This document shows, in pieces, positions 1 through 9,419 of a stretch of 61,031 bases of DNA. The stretch is from a virus (lineage: Duplodnaviria; Caudoviricetes). The position numbers were made by a program, and so were the translations under genes. The notes beneath the pieces are model-generated. The model ran no database searches. It was not told the DNA's origin and saw only the letters and a list, made by a program, of their open reading frames with translations. The stretch's first letter is position 1. Each line of letters begins with the position of its first letter. The stretch is taken from IMG/VR virus record IMGVR_UViG_3300027763_000003, positions 1 to 61,031 of that record; one strand, 5' to 3'.

Positions 1-127
1 TGACATTGACATTCCAATTATTGACGTAGCAGTGGTTCCTACTGGTGGCACTATCACCACTATTAAAATGTATGTATCCAATACATTTACTACTGAAGGC
101 GGCACTCCTTTGTATGGCTCTGTATCA
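1..127. repeat. Terminal direct repeat (copy 1), identical to 60905-61031; circular assembly overlap
   Basis: tgacattgac...ctctgtatca is identical at both ends over 127 nt and lies inside an ORF; 127 is a common assembler k-mer length. Confidence 0.95.
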
Positions 128-382
128 AGCATTTCTGGTACTGGCCGTCAAAGTTTTGCATACACCGCAGCAGGAGTTACGAGTGCAAACAATACCCCTG
201 TTGACATCGTAGGTGTTAATGGAACCCAGGCTTTGTCGCAGATTGTATTTACTCTGTCAATTGCAGCTACTGCAACTTTGGTTACCCCAACTGCAGGTCA
301 GATTTATGTGGCATTGCGCTATGTCCAGCCAGACGGAAATATCGGTACTGCTACTGCTTACCCATACGGTAACTTCGACTAA
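1..382 (+). CDS. 3' part of the gene starting at 60597 (Thr/Gly-rich putative structural protein)
   Basis: Frame continuity across the 127-nt overlap; stop at 380-382. Confidence 0.85.
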   Translation, partial: DIDIPIIDVAVVPTGGTITTIKMYVSNTFTTEGGTPLYGSVSSISGTGRQSFAYTAAGVTSANNTPVDIVGVNGTQALSQIVFTLSIAATATLVTPTAGQIYVALRYVQPDGNIGTATAYPYGNFD

Positions 383-391
383 TTAAGTAAC

Positions 392-413
392 GGGGGCTTC
401 GGCCCCCTTCTTT
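392..413 (+). terminator. Intrinsic terminator or stable hairpin
   Basis: GGGGGC-TTCG-GCCCCC followed by TTCTTT. Confidence 0.7.
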
Positions 414-430
414 GGATTTAAGGAGTTAAT

Positions 431-3244
431 ATGTCTGGATGGACCGTTGTTGACTACAACTCAAACAAGTCTTTGCCCATTACGGGTATTGCTGGTTCCG
501 GCACTGTAGCGCCGTTTGTTACCCCTGCGCTTGGCGCTCTAGACCCAGTAGGTAAGTTTCGCGTATCTACGCCACAAGCCCTGATTGATACCGACTTTGA
601 GTATGGCACTCAGCCAACTAAGTGGGAAACGATTGCCCTGCAGAATAACCGCCAAAGCGTTTACTTTATCCAGCAGCAGCCCCTTGGTGTTACTAGCATT
701 ACAGGCACGACAACTCTGACGCTTACTGGCACGTTTACAGTTGCAGCCAACACCCCAATTTTTATCCAGAACGCAACTGATTCCAACGCAAATGGCTGGT
801 GGTACACCGCTGCGGGTGGCGCAAACACCATGACCGTAATTCCTACTACGGCTTGCACCGTAGGGGAAAAATTCAGCGCAACCACTACCTATGTATATGC
901 AGGCTACTTCTACTCCAACTGTGGTATTGAGGTTGGTGCAAACGCATTTACGACTGATGGCACGGCTACTGTTTCTGTAGCTACAAGCAATGCACATGGA
1001 TTGCAGCTTGGTAGCTATGTGTATATCCGAGGCACCACAAGCTCGGGAACCATTATTAATGGCGCTCAAGTTGTTACGCAAACTCCTCAAGCAAACGTAT
1101 TTAGATTTACCAATACTAACGGTACAGTAGCAGCAGCAGCAATTACCAACTCTGCTGGCACTAACGTAGTTTATGCCCGCCCATCTGGCTACACAGAGCC
1201 TCGTAGTTTTGACGGCGGTGTAGCGTTTACGGCTGGTGGCGGTACACCCAACCAACAACTGATTCGCCAGACTCGCCGTTACTTCCGTTACCAGTCAGGT
1301 AAAGGCCTTCAGTTCTCTACCGGCTCTTCGTTAAAGCCTGCGCTGTTTGTTACCTCGCTGACCGGCAGCACTACTACAGCTACGGTAACTACTCGCTACG
1401 CTCACAACTTAACGGCTGGCGCAAAGATTCAAGTGCTGAACGCAGACCAAGGTGTGTACAACGGCAACTTCACTGTTGCGTCTGTTACATCTCCCACTGT
1501 TTTTACTTACACAACCGTAAGCAGTGTTGGCGCAGCTACCACCGCTACCGGCCTCATCCGCATCAGCCCAACTAGCTGGTACGGGTCTTCTAACCGTGTG
1601 GGTATGTTTGACCAGCAGAACGGAGTGTTTTTTGAGTTTGACGGTCAGACTTTGTACGCTGTGCTTCGCAACTCTATTAACCAGATCAATGGTACGGTAG
1701 CAGTAACAAATAGCTCTGCAACTGTGACTGGAACTGGAACTTCATTTGCTACCCAATTGTTGGTCGGTGATTACATTGTCATCCGTGGGCAGTCCTACAA
1801 GGTGGTTACCATTGTTAGTAATACGGACTTGCGGGTGTCTCCTGAGTACCGTGGCTCTACCATCTCTGGCGCTTTGGTATCCAAGACCATTGATACTAGA
1901 ATTCCACAATCTCAGTGGTATGACAAGTGCGATGGCACGGGTGCGTCTGGATACAACATTGACCTTACCCGTATGCAGATGTTCTACATCGACTACTCTT
2001 GGTACGGTGCTGGTGTGGTGCGTTATGGCTTCCGCGCCACCAATGGACAAGTGACCTATGTCACCCAAATCCAAAACAACAACCGCCAGTTTGAAGCATA
2101 CATGCGCTCCGGTAACATGGCAGCTCACTATGAGTCCAACGGGCAGTCAGCTATTACCTACTTGACTTCTAGTTTGGCGGCTAGCGGTAGCACTACTACA
2201 ACTGCAGTTGTTGCTGTTGACACCTTGAGTATCCCGCTTACAGCAACAACTGGTTTTAACAATGCTGGTGTAGTGCTAATTGGCAGTGAGTACATTTCTT
2301 ACTCCAACATCTCAGGCACTACATTGGTAGGCTGTGTTCGTGGTTACGGTAACACTACCGCTCGGGGCTACCCATCTGGTACTACGGTTACCGCATCGTC
2401 TATGGACATTGCAGACGGTACTGGGTTTGCTCCATCAGGCGCTGTAAAAGTACAAGCTTCCGGTGCTTCTGGAGTTGTTGAGTACATTGCGTATGCAGGC
2501 AATGATGGGAGTTTTTTGTACGGCCTTACACGCGCCCAAACTGGCGGTCAAGGTGCTGCTCAAACTTTTACCTACAGTGCGACAGCACCCATTGCAGTTG
2601 AGTTTGCTTCCCCTGATACCGTACCCTCACTGTCTCACTGGGGTTCTTCGGTCATCATGGATGGTCAGTTCAACGATGACAAGTCGCTGATTTTTAACTA
2701 CGGAACCACGGCGCAGCTTGCTGTCCCTGCCGGTGCAACAGTCCCTATTATTGCAATTCGTATTGCACCGTCTGTGGACAACGGCCAAATTGGTTTGCTT
2801 GGCGCTAAAGAAATTGTCAATCGTATGCAACTGCAGTTGGTTGAGCTTGGCATTGTCTCTGCTGGTACATTCCTAATCAACTTGGTTTTGAATGGGTACT
2901 GCACTAGCTTTAGCGGGGCATGGAGTTCACCCACTGTCGCCAATGGATATACCTCTTCGTTAGCGCAAGTAGCAGTCAACACAACTACTACAGCATCAAT
3001 TAGCGGAGGTGAGTCAGTCGCTGCAGCATTTACCAATTCCAGTGGTCAAACTACACTGGACATAACTGGAGTTCGTGACTTGGGTAACTCTATCCTTGGG
3101 GGCGGTACTACAACTGCGGTTCCAACTGGACAGGCGGGGCAGTACCCAGATGGCCCAGATATTTTGTATGTAGCTGCTACTAATACGGCAGGAACAGCTA
3201 CAAATATTCTGGTTCGCTTGAGCTGGAAAGAAGCACAGGCGTAA
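431..3244 (+). CDS. Large Thr-rich beta-structured virion protein (fibre/spike or head appendage)
   Basis: 937 aa, AGGAG RBS, repeated small beta modules (e.g. HGLQLGSYVYI / HNLTAGAKIQV), located in the structural operon. Confidence 0.6.
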   Translation: MSGWTVVDYNSNKSLPITGIAGSGTVAPFVTPALGALDPVGKFRVSTPQALIDTDFEYGTQPTKWETIALQNNRQSVYFIQQQPLGVTSITGTTTLTLTGTFTVAANTPIFIQNATDSNANGWWYTAAGGANTMTVIPTTACTVGEKFSATTTYVYAGYFYSNCGIEVGANAFTTDGTATVSVATSNAHGLQLGSYVYIRGTTSSGTIINGAQVVTQTPQANVFRFTNTNGTVAAAAITNSAGTNVVYARPSGYTEPRSFDGGVAFTAGGGTPNQQLIRQTRRYFRYQSGKGLQFSTGSSLKPALFVTSLTGSTTTATVTTRYAHNLTAGAKIQVLNADQGVYNGNFTVASVTSPTVFTYTTVSSVGAATTATGLIRISPTSWYGSSNRVGMFDQQNGVFFEFDGQTLYAVLRNSINQINGTVAVTNSSATVTGTGTSFATQLLVGDYIVIRGQSYKVVTIVSNTDLRVSPEYRGSTISGALVSKTIDTRIPQSQWYDKCDGTGASGYNIDLTRMQMFYIDYSWYGAGVVRYGFRATNGQVTYVTQIQNNNRQFEAYMRSGNMAAHYESNGQSAITYLTSSLAASGSTTTTAVVAVDTLSIPLTATTGFNNAGVVLIGSEYISYSNISGTTLVGCVRGYGNTTARGYPSGTTVTASSMDIADGTGFAPSGAVKVQASGASGVVEYIAYAGNDGSFLYGLTRAQTGGQGAAQTFTYSATAPIAVEFASPDTVPSLSHWGSSVIMDGQFNDDKSLIFNYGTTAQLAVPAGATVPIIAIRIAPSVDNGQIGLLGAKEIVNRMQLQLVELGIVSAGTFLINLVLNGYCTSFSGAWSSPTVANGYTSSLAQVAVNTTTTASISGGESVAAAFTNSSGQTTLDITGVRDLGNSILGGGTTTAVPTGQAGQYPDGPDILYVAATNTAGTATNILVRLSWKEAQA

Positions 3245-3247
3245 TGT

Positions 3248-3496
3248 ATGGCTACCAAGTCACCAGCATGGACTCGCAAGGAAGGCAAGAACCCCAACGG
3301 CGGCTTGAACGCCAAGGGGAGGGCCTCCGCGAAGAAGGAAGGCATGAACTTGAAACCTCCCCAGCCGGAAGGCGGCAGCAGGCGCGACTCTTTTTGTGCA
3401 AGAATGTCTGGAATGAAGAAGAAGCTTACCAGCGCAAAAACCGCCAACGACCCGAACTCGCGTATCAACAAGAGCCTTAAGGCTTGGAACTGCTAA
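3248..3496 (+). CDS. Small basic conserved phage protein (DUF6321-like)
   Basis: AWTRKEGKNPNGGLNAKGR...RRDSFCARM...SRINKSLKAWNC signature. Confidence 0.7.
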   Translation: MATKSPAWTRKEGKNPNGGLNAKGRASAKKEGMNLKPPQPEGGSRRDSFCARMSGMKKKLTSAKTANDPNSRINKSLKAWNC

Positions 3497-3505
3497 GGAA
3501 CCCCT

Positions 3506-4096
3506 ATGTCATCGCTACCTCCAGATCAAATTGCAAAAATAGCACTTGCTCAAAAACTAGACGCCGAAGGTAAAAAGGCTCCAGTTATGGCTCCAAAACA
3601 GGGGTCAGGCCGCTACTCACGTAATGACCAATTTAAAAAACCCGTGTCTGTAACGATGCCCATGCCGACTCCTAAGCCGCAGTTTAAGCCGGATATTCCA
3701 TACCCTGATGCTCCTAAAGGGGGCTCTACAACTACAGGGCCTGTACCTAACCCATCAAGCGATGAGGCAATGAAGAAAATCATTGCTGAAAAAGCCGCTA
3801 AAGCCGCAGGCACAGGGCTTGATGTTAACAAGCCGGGCGGAGCTCCTAGTGTAGGGACAGAAGGACCTAGTTTAGGGGGAGGAGACCCTCCCTTTGATGT
3901 ATCAGACTACGGACCGGGCTTTATGTCTCCCCGTACGGGTATGGGCCCGACCGCTACAACGACCGGTATGAAGCGCGGCGGGGCTGTGCGCAAAAAGATG
4001 CAGACCAAGTTTGCCTCTGGTGGTTCTGTAGGTGGCGCTTCTCGCCGTGGAGACGGTATTGCTCAGCGGGGCAAAACCAAAGGACGGATGTGCTGA
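3506..4096 (+). CDS. Pro/Lys-rich protein with GG motifs and a DGIAQRGKTKG tail
   Basis: 196-aa ORF with AAGGA RBS; MKRGG and FASGG motifs. Confidence 0.75.
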   Translation: MSSLPPDQIAKIALAQKLDAEGKKAPVMAPKQGSGRYSRNDQFKKPVSVTMPMPTPKPQFKPDIPYPDAPKGGSTTTGPVPNPSSDEAMKKIIAEKAAKAAGTGLDVNKPGGAPSVGTEGPSLGGGDPPFDVSDYGPGFMSPRTGMGPTATTTGMKRGGAVRKKMQTKFASGGSVGGASRRGDGIAQRGKTKGRMC

Positions 4097-4097
4097 C

Positions 4098-4283
4098 ATG
4101 AATGAACATCACGACACCGCTAAACATATCATTGATATAGTTGCTCCGTTGGCAGCAATTGGGTCTTTCCTTGAGGTAATTTCACCAGTGTTTGGTCTTA
4201 TCGGAGCAATTCTTGCAGTCATGCGTATTGCTGAAATGGTGACCGGCAAAGACTTTGTTGACCTCATCCGACGCAAAAAATAA
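4098..4283 (+). CDS. Small hydrophobic membrane protein (holin-like)
   Basis: Start reassigned to ATG 4098; hydrophobic core and basic C-terminus RRKK. Confidence 0.55.
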   Translation: MNEHHDTAKHIIDIVAPLAAIGSFLEVISPVFGLIGAILAVMRIAEMVTGKDFVDLIRRKK

Positions 4284-4293
4284 AGGATACATC

Positions 4294-5118
4294 ATGGCAA
4301 TGGTTCCACCCAACCCCTACGATCAGCTTACCAACATTAACCGTGGTATGCCTCAAGTTGCTCAGCCAACAACTACTACGCAAATGCAGCCCAGCCCTCC
4401 AAGCTTGCGTGGTTTTATGAACCAGCATCATGGTCATTTTGGTGGCGGTAACTTTGGTATGCTCCCTCCAGGTATTGATCCACGCGCTATCGCTGCTAAC
4501 CCTCAAGGTTACCAACAGTTTTTGCGTCAAGCTCAACAACAAGAGCAGCAGCATCCTGGTGCCACATTTTTGGGTCAAGCTCCACAACCTGGGATGATGC
4601 CTGGAATGATGCCAAAATCCGCTGGAACTGGCCTGGATATGTTTAGCAATGACCAGGAAAAAGCAAAGGCAGCACAATACGCTGCAATGATGCAATACCA
4701 GCAAATGCAAAAGGCGGATGGTCAAAAACCCGGAATGACGCAGCCGGTTCAACAAAATTCAAGCATGGGAACATTTGGATTGAACCAGCAAGATCTGCAG
4801 CAAAAATTGCTTTCTGAGCAGCAGTTGTATAGTCCCGCCCAATACGGAGGTCCGCTAAATGAGCCCAATTTAGCAATGCCGTTTTATCAAACCCAACAAC
4901 CCCAACTCAATGATGTGCAAAAACAATATCAGGCAGCGGGCGGTACTGGAACAGGATTTGGTCAGCCTACATCTGTAGCAATGCCAACTCAAAATCAATA
5001 TGCTCAAGGTAAATCAAGTCTTTCTGCAGCACCGCAGTTTGGAGCTGGGCCAACACAAAGCTCGCTTAATCAACCACTGCAATCCAACAATTTGATGCAG
5101 CAACTTGGAATGAAGTAA
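4294..5118 (+). CDS. Gln/Pro/Met/Gly-rich low-complexity protein
   Basis: ATG 4294 after AAGGA; composition strongly biased. Confidence 0.7.
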   Translation: MAMVPPNPYDQLTNINRGMPQVAQPTTTTQMQPSPPSLRGFMNQHHGHFGGGNFGMLPPGIDPRAIAANPQGYQQFLRQAQQQEQQHPGATFLGQAPQPGMMPGMMPKSAGTGLDMFSNDQEKAKAAQYAAMMQYQQMQKADGQKPGMTQPVQQNSSMGTFGLNQQDLQQKLLSEQQLYSPAQYGGPLNEPNLAMPFYQTQQPQLNDVQKQYQAAGGTGTGFGQPTSVAMPTQNQYAQGKSSLSAAPQFGAGPTQSSLNQPLQSNNLMQQLGMK

Positions 5119-5119
5119 T

Positions 5120-5659
5120 ATGCCTTCAGTTAGTAAGAAGCAACACAATTTCATGGCTGCTGTGGCTCATAGCCCTGCTTTTGCCAAGAAAGTAGGGGTT
5201 CCACAATCTGTGGGGCAAGACTTTAACAAGGCCGATAAAGGCCGTAAATTTTCTAAAGGTGGTGACACTATGGCTACAAAAATGGATCCTCGTGTAATGC
5301 AAATGATTGCAGCTAAAGCTGCTGCAGCTCGTGCTCCTATGGCTCGGCGTCCAATGCCTGCACCCCCTATGGCTCCTGCTATGGCTCCTGGCATGAAAAA
5401 AGGTGGCATGGCTGCTTTTGAAAAATCAGGTAAAGATGTGGAGTCCAAAGGTATGCGTGAAGGCTCCAAGGCTGATATGGCCCTGGACAAAAAACAAATG
5501 ATGGGCATGAAGAGTGGTGGAGCTACTAAAAAAATGGCTGGTGGTGGACTAGCTTCTAGCCACAAAAGTGCTGATGGCATTGCATCTAAAGGTAAAACTC
5601 AAGCTATGCAGGTCTCCATGCCCGGTAATCGCGGCATGAAAAAAGGCGGAAAGTGCTAA
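5120..5659 (+). CDS. Basic Met/Lys/Ala-rich protein with five GG motifs
   Basis: MPSVSKKQHNFMAAVAH N-terminus; FSKGG, MKKGG x2, MKSGG, MAGGG. Confidence 0.8.
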   Translation: MPSVSKKQHNFMAAVAHSPAFAKKVGVPQSVGQDFNKADKGRKFSKGGDTMATKMDPRVMQMIAAKAAAARAPMARRPMPAPPMAPAMAPGMKKGGMAAFEKSGKDVESKGMREGSKADMALDKKQMMGMKSGGATKKMAGGGLASSHKSADGIASKGKTQAMQVSMPGNRGMKKGGKC

Positions 5660-5669
5660 GGAGTACGCA

Positions 5670-5942
5670 ATGACACGACCAACCAAAGACGAAATGCAAG
5701 AGATGCGTGATGAGCGCGATGCCCCTAAGCTGGAGAAGGCTTATATGGACTCCCTGACCTCAACCGAGGCCGCACCAAAGCCCGAGTCCAAAAAGGATCC
5801 TCGTGATGCTGTGCGCGGCCAGCGCGGGTACGCTAAGGGCGGTATGACTGCATCCAAACGCGCTGATGGTATTGCTCAACGTGGCAAGACCAAGGGAACG
5901 ATGGTTATGTGTGGTGGCGGCATGGCCAGAGGTAAGATGTAA
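5670..5942 (+). CDS. Small protein with YAKGG and RADGIAQRGKTKG motifs
   Basis: AAGGAG RBS; shared motifs. Confidence 0.75.
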   Translation: MTRPTKDEMQEMRDERDAPKLEKAYMDSLTSTEAAPKPESKKDPRDAVRGQRGYAKGGMTASKRADGIAQRGKTKGTMVMCGGGMARGKM

Positions 5943-5944
5943 TC

Positions 5945-6478
5945 ATGGACTTCAATACCCCCCAACCCGATATGTTGGCTCAAAAGCAAGCACGAAGGGC
6001 TGCACAAGCTGCTGAAGTAACAAAACGCGCTCAAGAAATGTCTGAGCGGCAAGCGCTGACTCAACAGCGAGACGTTGCAAATAGGGCGCGTATAGCTCAA
6101 GACGCTGCAAGATTGCGTAGTCGAACAGGCCCAGATATAGATCAATTGATGTCCCAAATGGGGCCTGGACAAAATCTAGCAGATATGGCAGCTACAAAAG
6201 CCGCAATTGCTGCCAAGAACACAGCCAATCAATCGATGTCGGCGACACCAGTAGCGTCAGCAAAACCTGCCCCGCAACAAAGTAATGTGGGTTTTGGTCA
6301 AAAAAATATGGGGGTTATGGGCATGGGCAATAACCAAAACAATCCGATGGCAACCCAACCTGGTATGAAGCGTGGTGGTTCTGTTAAAAAGTACGCTAAA
6401 GGAGGCTCGGTGAGCTCTGCTTCTTCCCGTGCTGATGGCTGCTGCACTAAAGGAAAAACCAAAGGTAAGTACCTATGA
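5945..6478 (+). CDS. Ala/Gln/Met-rich protein with MKRGG, YAKGG and RADGCCTKGKTKG motifs
   Basis: 177-aa ORF, tightly packed in the operon. Confidence 0.75.
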   Translation: MDFNTPQPDMLAQKQARRAAQAAEVTKRAQEMSERQALTQQRDVANRARIAQDAARLRSRTGPDIDQLMSQMGPGQNLADMAATKAAIAAKNTANQSMSATPVASAKPAPQQSNVGFGQKNMGVMGMGNNQNNPMATQPGMKRGGSVKKYAKGGSVSSASSRADGCCTKGKTKGKYL

Positions 6479-6708
6479 GAGCCAGTCGCGGTATGGGGGA
6501 TATTAATCCCTCTAAAATGCCATCAGCCAAGAAGGTTGCCCGCCGTGACAATACTGACTTTACGGAGTACGCAAAAGGTGGTCCAGTTGGTTTGTACGCC
6601 AACATCAATGCTAAACGGAAACGTGGAGCAAAGATGCGTAAGCCAGGCGCTAAAGGCGCACCAACAGATCAAGCATTCATTGATTCAGCAAAAACTGCAA
6701 AGAAGTAA
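6475..6708 (+). CDS. Small basic protein (YAKGG; GLYANINAKRKRG)
   Basis: ATGA overlap with the upstream gene. Confidence 0.7.
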   Translation: MRASRGMGDINPSKMPSAKKVARRDNTDFTEYAKGGPVGLYANINAKRKRGAKMRKPGAKGAPTDQAFIDSAKTAKK

Positions 6709-6717
6709 GGAAATAAA

Positions 6718-6948
6718 ATGTCCCAATTTACATTGACTGCCGAAGAAGACGCATTGGTTATTACTGCACTGCACAATAAAGCAGCACAGTATTCCGCCAT
6801 GTTTGGCACGGCAGACCCAGAAATGGAAGCTTTGATTGCAAAAGTTGAAGGCCAGCTTATGGCTCCTGAAGTTGCAGTTGAAGAAATTTCTGCAGTTGTT
6901 GAGGCTCCTGTTGAAGAATCCCCTGTAGTTGATATCACTACCAACTAA
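6718..6948 (+). CDS. Small acidic hypothetical protein
   Basis: AAGGA RBS; 76 aa. Confidence 0.65.
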   Translation: MSQFTLTAEEDALVITALHNKAAQYSAMFGTADPEMEALIAKVEGQLMAPEVAVEEISAVVEAPVEESPVVDITTN

Positions 6949-6950
6949 AT

Positions 6951-7880
6951 ATGACTACCTCCGGCTCAACCACCTTCAATCTTGAGTTTGTAGAACTTGC
7001 TGAAGAAGCCTGGGAGAGAGCTGGCCGCGAGATGAGGTCTGGTTATGACTTGCGTACTGCACGTAGGTCAATGAACCTTATGACCATTGAGTGGGCTAAT
7101 CGCGGGTTAAACATGTGGACGATTGAGACTGGGACCATTACCCTAACCCAGGGTTTGAATACGTATGCGCTACCTACGGACACGATTGATCTACTGGATC
7201 ATGTGATCCGAACCCAGCCTAACGTAGCATCCACCCAGTCTGACTTAAGCATCACCAGGATTAGCGTATCCACTTACGCAACAATCCCCAACAAGTTGAC
7301 TCAAGGGCGTCCAATCCAGGTTTGGATACAGCGTCTTTCGGGCCAAGTGAATCCTACCAGCTCAACGCTCAGCTCAACTATCTCATCCACGGATACAACT
7401 ATAACTCTTGTTACAGTTGTTGGGCTTGCTGGGTCTGGCTACATCCGCCTGGACTCAGAGGATATTTACTACACCTACATCTCGGGTAACACGCTTGGCG
7501 GTGTATTCCGTGGGCAGAACAATACCACCGCAGCATCTCACACTGCTGGCGCTGCTGTTAGTGTTCCACAGCTTCCAGCCATAACGGTGTGGCCTACGCC
7601 AGATGGATCTCAAACGTACCAGTTTGTGTACTACCGCCTGCGTCGGGTACAAGATTCCGGGGATGGTAGCAATACTGCCGATATGAATTTCAGGTTTCTA
7701 CCCGCTGTTACGGCTGGATTAGCCTACTACATAGCTATGAAGGTACCTGAGTTCCAGGGCCGTCTTGATATGCTTAAGGCTGTTTATGATGAGCAATTCA
7801 AATTAGCTGCTGGCGAAGACCATGAGAAGGCTACGTTGCGGCTTGCTCCAAGAATTGCATACATTGGTGGCGGCTATTAA
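6951..7880 (+). CDS. Putative head-tail adaptor / head completion protein with an inserted beta domain
   Basis: Helical N-terminus (EEAWERAG...ARRSMNLMTIEWANRG), VWPTPD motif, C-terminal FLPAVTAGLAYYIA typical of podoviral adaptors. Confidence 0.55.
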   Translation: MTTSGSTTFNLEFVELAEEAWERAGREMRSGYDLRTARRSMNLMTIEWANRGLNMWTIETGTITLTQGLNTYALPTDTIDLLDHVIRTQPNVASTQSDLSITRISVSTYATIPNKLTQGRPIQVWIQRLSGQVNPTSSTLSSTISSTDTTITLVTVVGLAGSGYIRLDSEDIYYTYISGNTLGGVFRGQNNTTAASHTAGAAVSVPQLPAITVWPTPDGSQTYQFVYYRLRRVQDSGDGSNTADMNFRFLPAVTAGLAYYIAMKVPEFQGRLDMLKAVYDEQFKLAAGEDHEKATLRLAPRIAYIGGGY

Positions 7881-8269
7881 TGACCTCCCCATACGCATCA
7901 GGCAAATACTCGATTGCCGAGTGTGATAGGTGCGGCCAGCGTTTCAAGCTAAAGCAGTTGAAGATTGAGGTTATAAAGACTAAACTGTATCAATTGAAAG
8001 TGTGTGAAGTGTGCTGGGATCCAGACCAACCACAACTTCAATTGGGCATGTACCCAGTTAACGATCCACAAGCAGTGTATCAACCAAGGCCAGATACAAC
8101 TTATGTTTCTGCTGGTCTTAACACTTTAGGGTTTAATACTGGTGGATCTCGTGATATTCAATGGGGCTGGAATCCAGTTGGTGGCTCCAGCCAATTTGAC
8201 ACAACTTTAACGCCCAATTACTTGGTTGGAACCACAAGTGTTGGTACAGTAACAGTAACGGTTTCGTAG
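7880..8269 (+). CDS. Zn-finger-containing conserved phage protein
   Basis: CDRC...CEVC pairs. Confidence 0.65.
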   Translation: MTSPYASGKYSIAECDRCGQRFKLKQLKIEVIKTKLYQLKVCEVCWDPDQPQLQLGMYPVNDPQAVYQPRPDTTYVSAGLNTLGFNTGGSRDIQWGWNPVGGSSQFDTTLTPNYLVGTTSVGTVTVTVS

Positions 8270-8278
8270 GAGTAAATT

Positions 8279-8470
8279 ATGGCTAAAGAAAACATGAAGA
8301 TGGACATGGCGCAAGACAAGGCTATGATCAAAAAAGCATTCAAGCAGCATGATGCTCAAGAGCACAAAGGCGGAAAAGGTACCTCCTTGAAGCTTAAAAA
8401 GGGTGGCGTCACTGGTAAAGCCATGCGGGCTGTTGGCCGCAACATGGCCCGTGCAAACAACCAAAAGTAA
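8279..8470 (+). CDS. Small basic protein (LKKGG)
   Basis: AGGAG RBS; 63 aa. Confidence 0.65.
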   Translation: MAKENMKMDMAQDKAMIKKAFKQHDAQEHKGGKGTSLKLKKGGVTGKAMRAVGRNMARANNQK

Positions 8471-8478
8471 GGTTAATC

Positions 8479-8760
8479 ATGGCTACATTTAGTAAAAAAA
8501 TGATGGGCAAAGAGGTTGGCTCTGCTGATGTGTACGCACAGCCGCACACTATGTCCGGCAAAAAAATGACCCAAGCACCGGTAGAGTTTGGAACCAACCC
8601 TGGCTTTCCTCCCAACAAAAGTAAGCTTGAGAATATTGATGTAAGCGTTGGAAACATCAGTAAGTCTGCCGGCAATGAGCCGATCAAAACCTCCGGAATC
8701 AAAATGCGCGGTACTGGCTGCGCTACCAAGGGAACAATGTCTAGAGGTCCGATGGCATGA
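8479..8760 (+). CDS. Small basic protein (MRGTGCATKG)
   Basis: 93 aa; ATGA-coupled to the next gene. Confidence 0.65.
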   Translation: MATFSKKMMGKEVGSADVYAQPHTMSGKKMTQAPVEFGTNPGFPPNKSKLENIDVSVGNISKSAGNEPIKTSGIKMRGTGCATKGTMSRGPMA

Positions 8761-9419
8761 ACTACGCTGCGCTTGTAGTTGCGATTTCCGATTACACGGA
8801 GAACACCTTTGATACGGTGGATATGAACCTGTTTATTACACAGGCAGAACAACGCATCTATAACTCAGTTCAGTTTCCATCGTTGCGTAAAAACGTAACG
8901 GGAGCAATCACATCTAGCAACAAGTATATTTCTTGTCCTGATGATTTCCTGGCTCCTTATTCTTTGGCAATTTACCCACAGGCTGGTGGAAGTTACACAT
9001 ATTTACTCAACAAAGATGTTAACTTCATGCGTGAAGCTTACCCAAATCCAGCAACAACGGGCACCCCAAAGTATTATGCAATTTTTGGTCCAACTGTAAA
9101 CTCTGGAACTATAACCAATGAGTTGACATTAATTATTGGACCAACCCCGGATGCTGTATATAGCACAGAGCTGCATTACTATTATTACCCGGTGTCAATC
9201 ACTACTGCCTCCACAACCTGGCTTGGCGATAACTTTGACTCAGTGCTTTTGTATGGCGCTCTTGTTGAAGCTTACACCTACATGAAGGGTGAAGCAGATA
9301 TGATTTCCATGTACAACCAAAAGTACATGGAAGCACTTGCACTTGCCAAACGTCTGGGTGATGGCATGGAGCGCCAGGATGCCTATCGCAGTGGACAACT
9401 AAGGGCGAAGGTTAACTGA
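8757..9419 (+). CDS. Putative tail adaptor / tail tubular protein A-like
   Basis: MNYAAL..., GTPKYY, GPTPD, LLYGALVEAY pattern of podoviral adaptor proteins. Confidence 0.55.
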   Translation: MNYAALVVAISDYTENTFDTVDMNLFITQAEQRIYNSVQFPSLRKNVTGAITSSNKYISCPDDFLAPYSLAIYPQAGGSYTYLLNKDVNFMREAYPNPATTGTPKYYAIFGPTVNSGTITNELTLIIGPTPDAVYSTELHYYYYPVSITTASTTWLGDNFDSVLLYGALVEAYTYMKGEADMISMYNQKYMEALALAKRLGDGMERQDAYRSGQLRAKVN

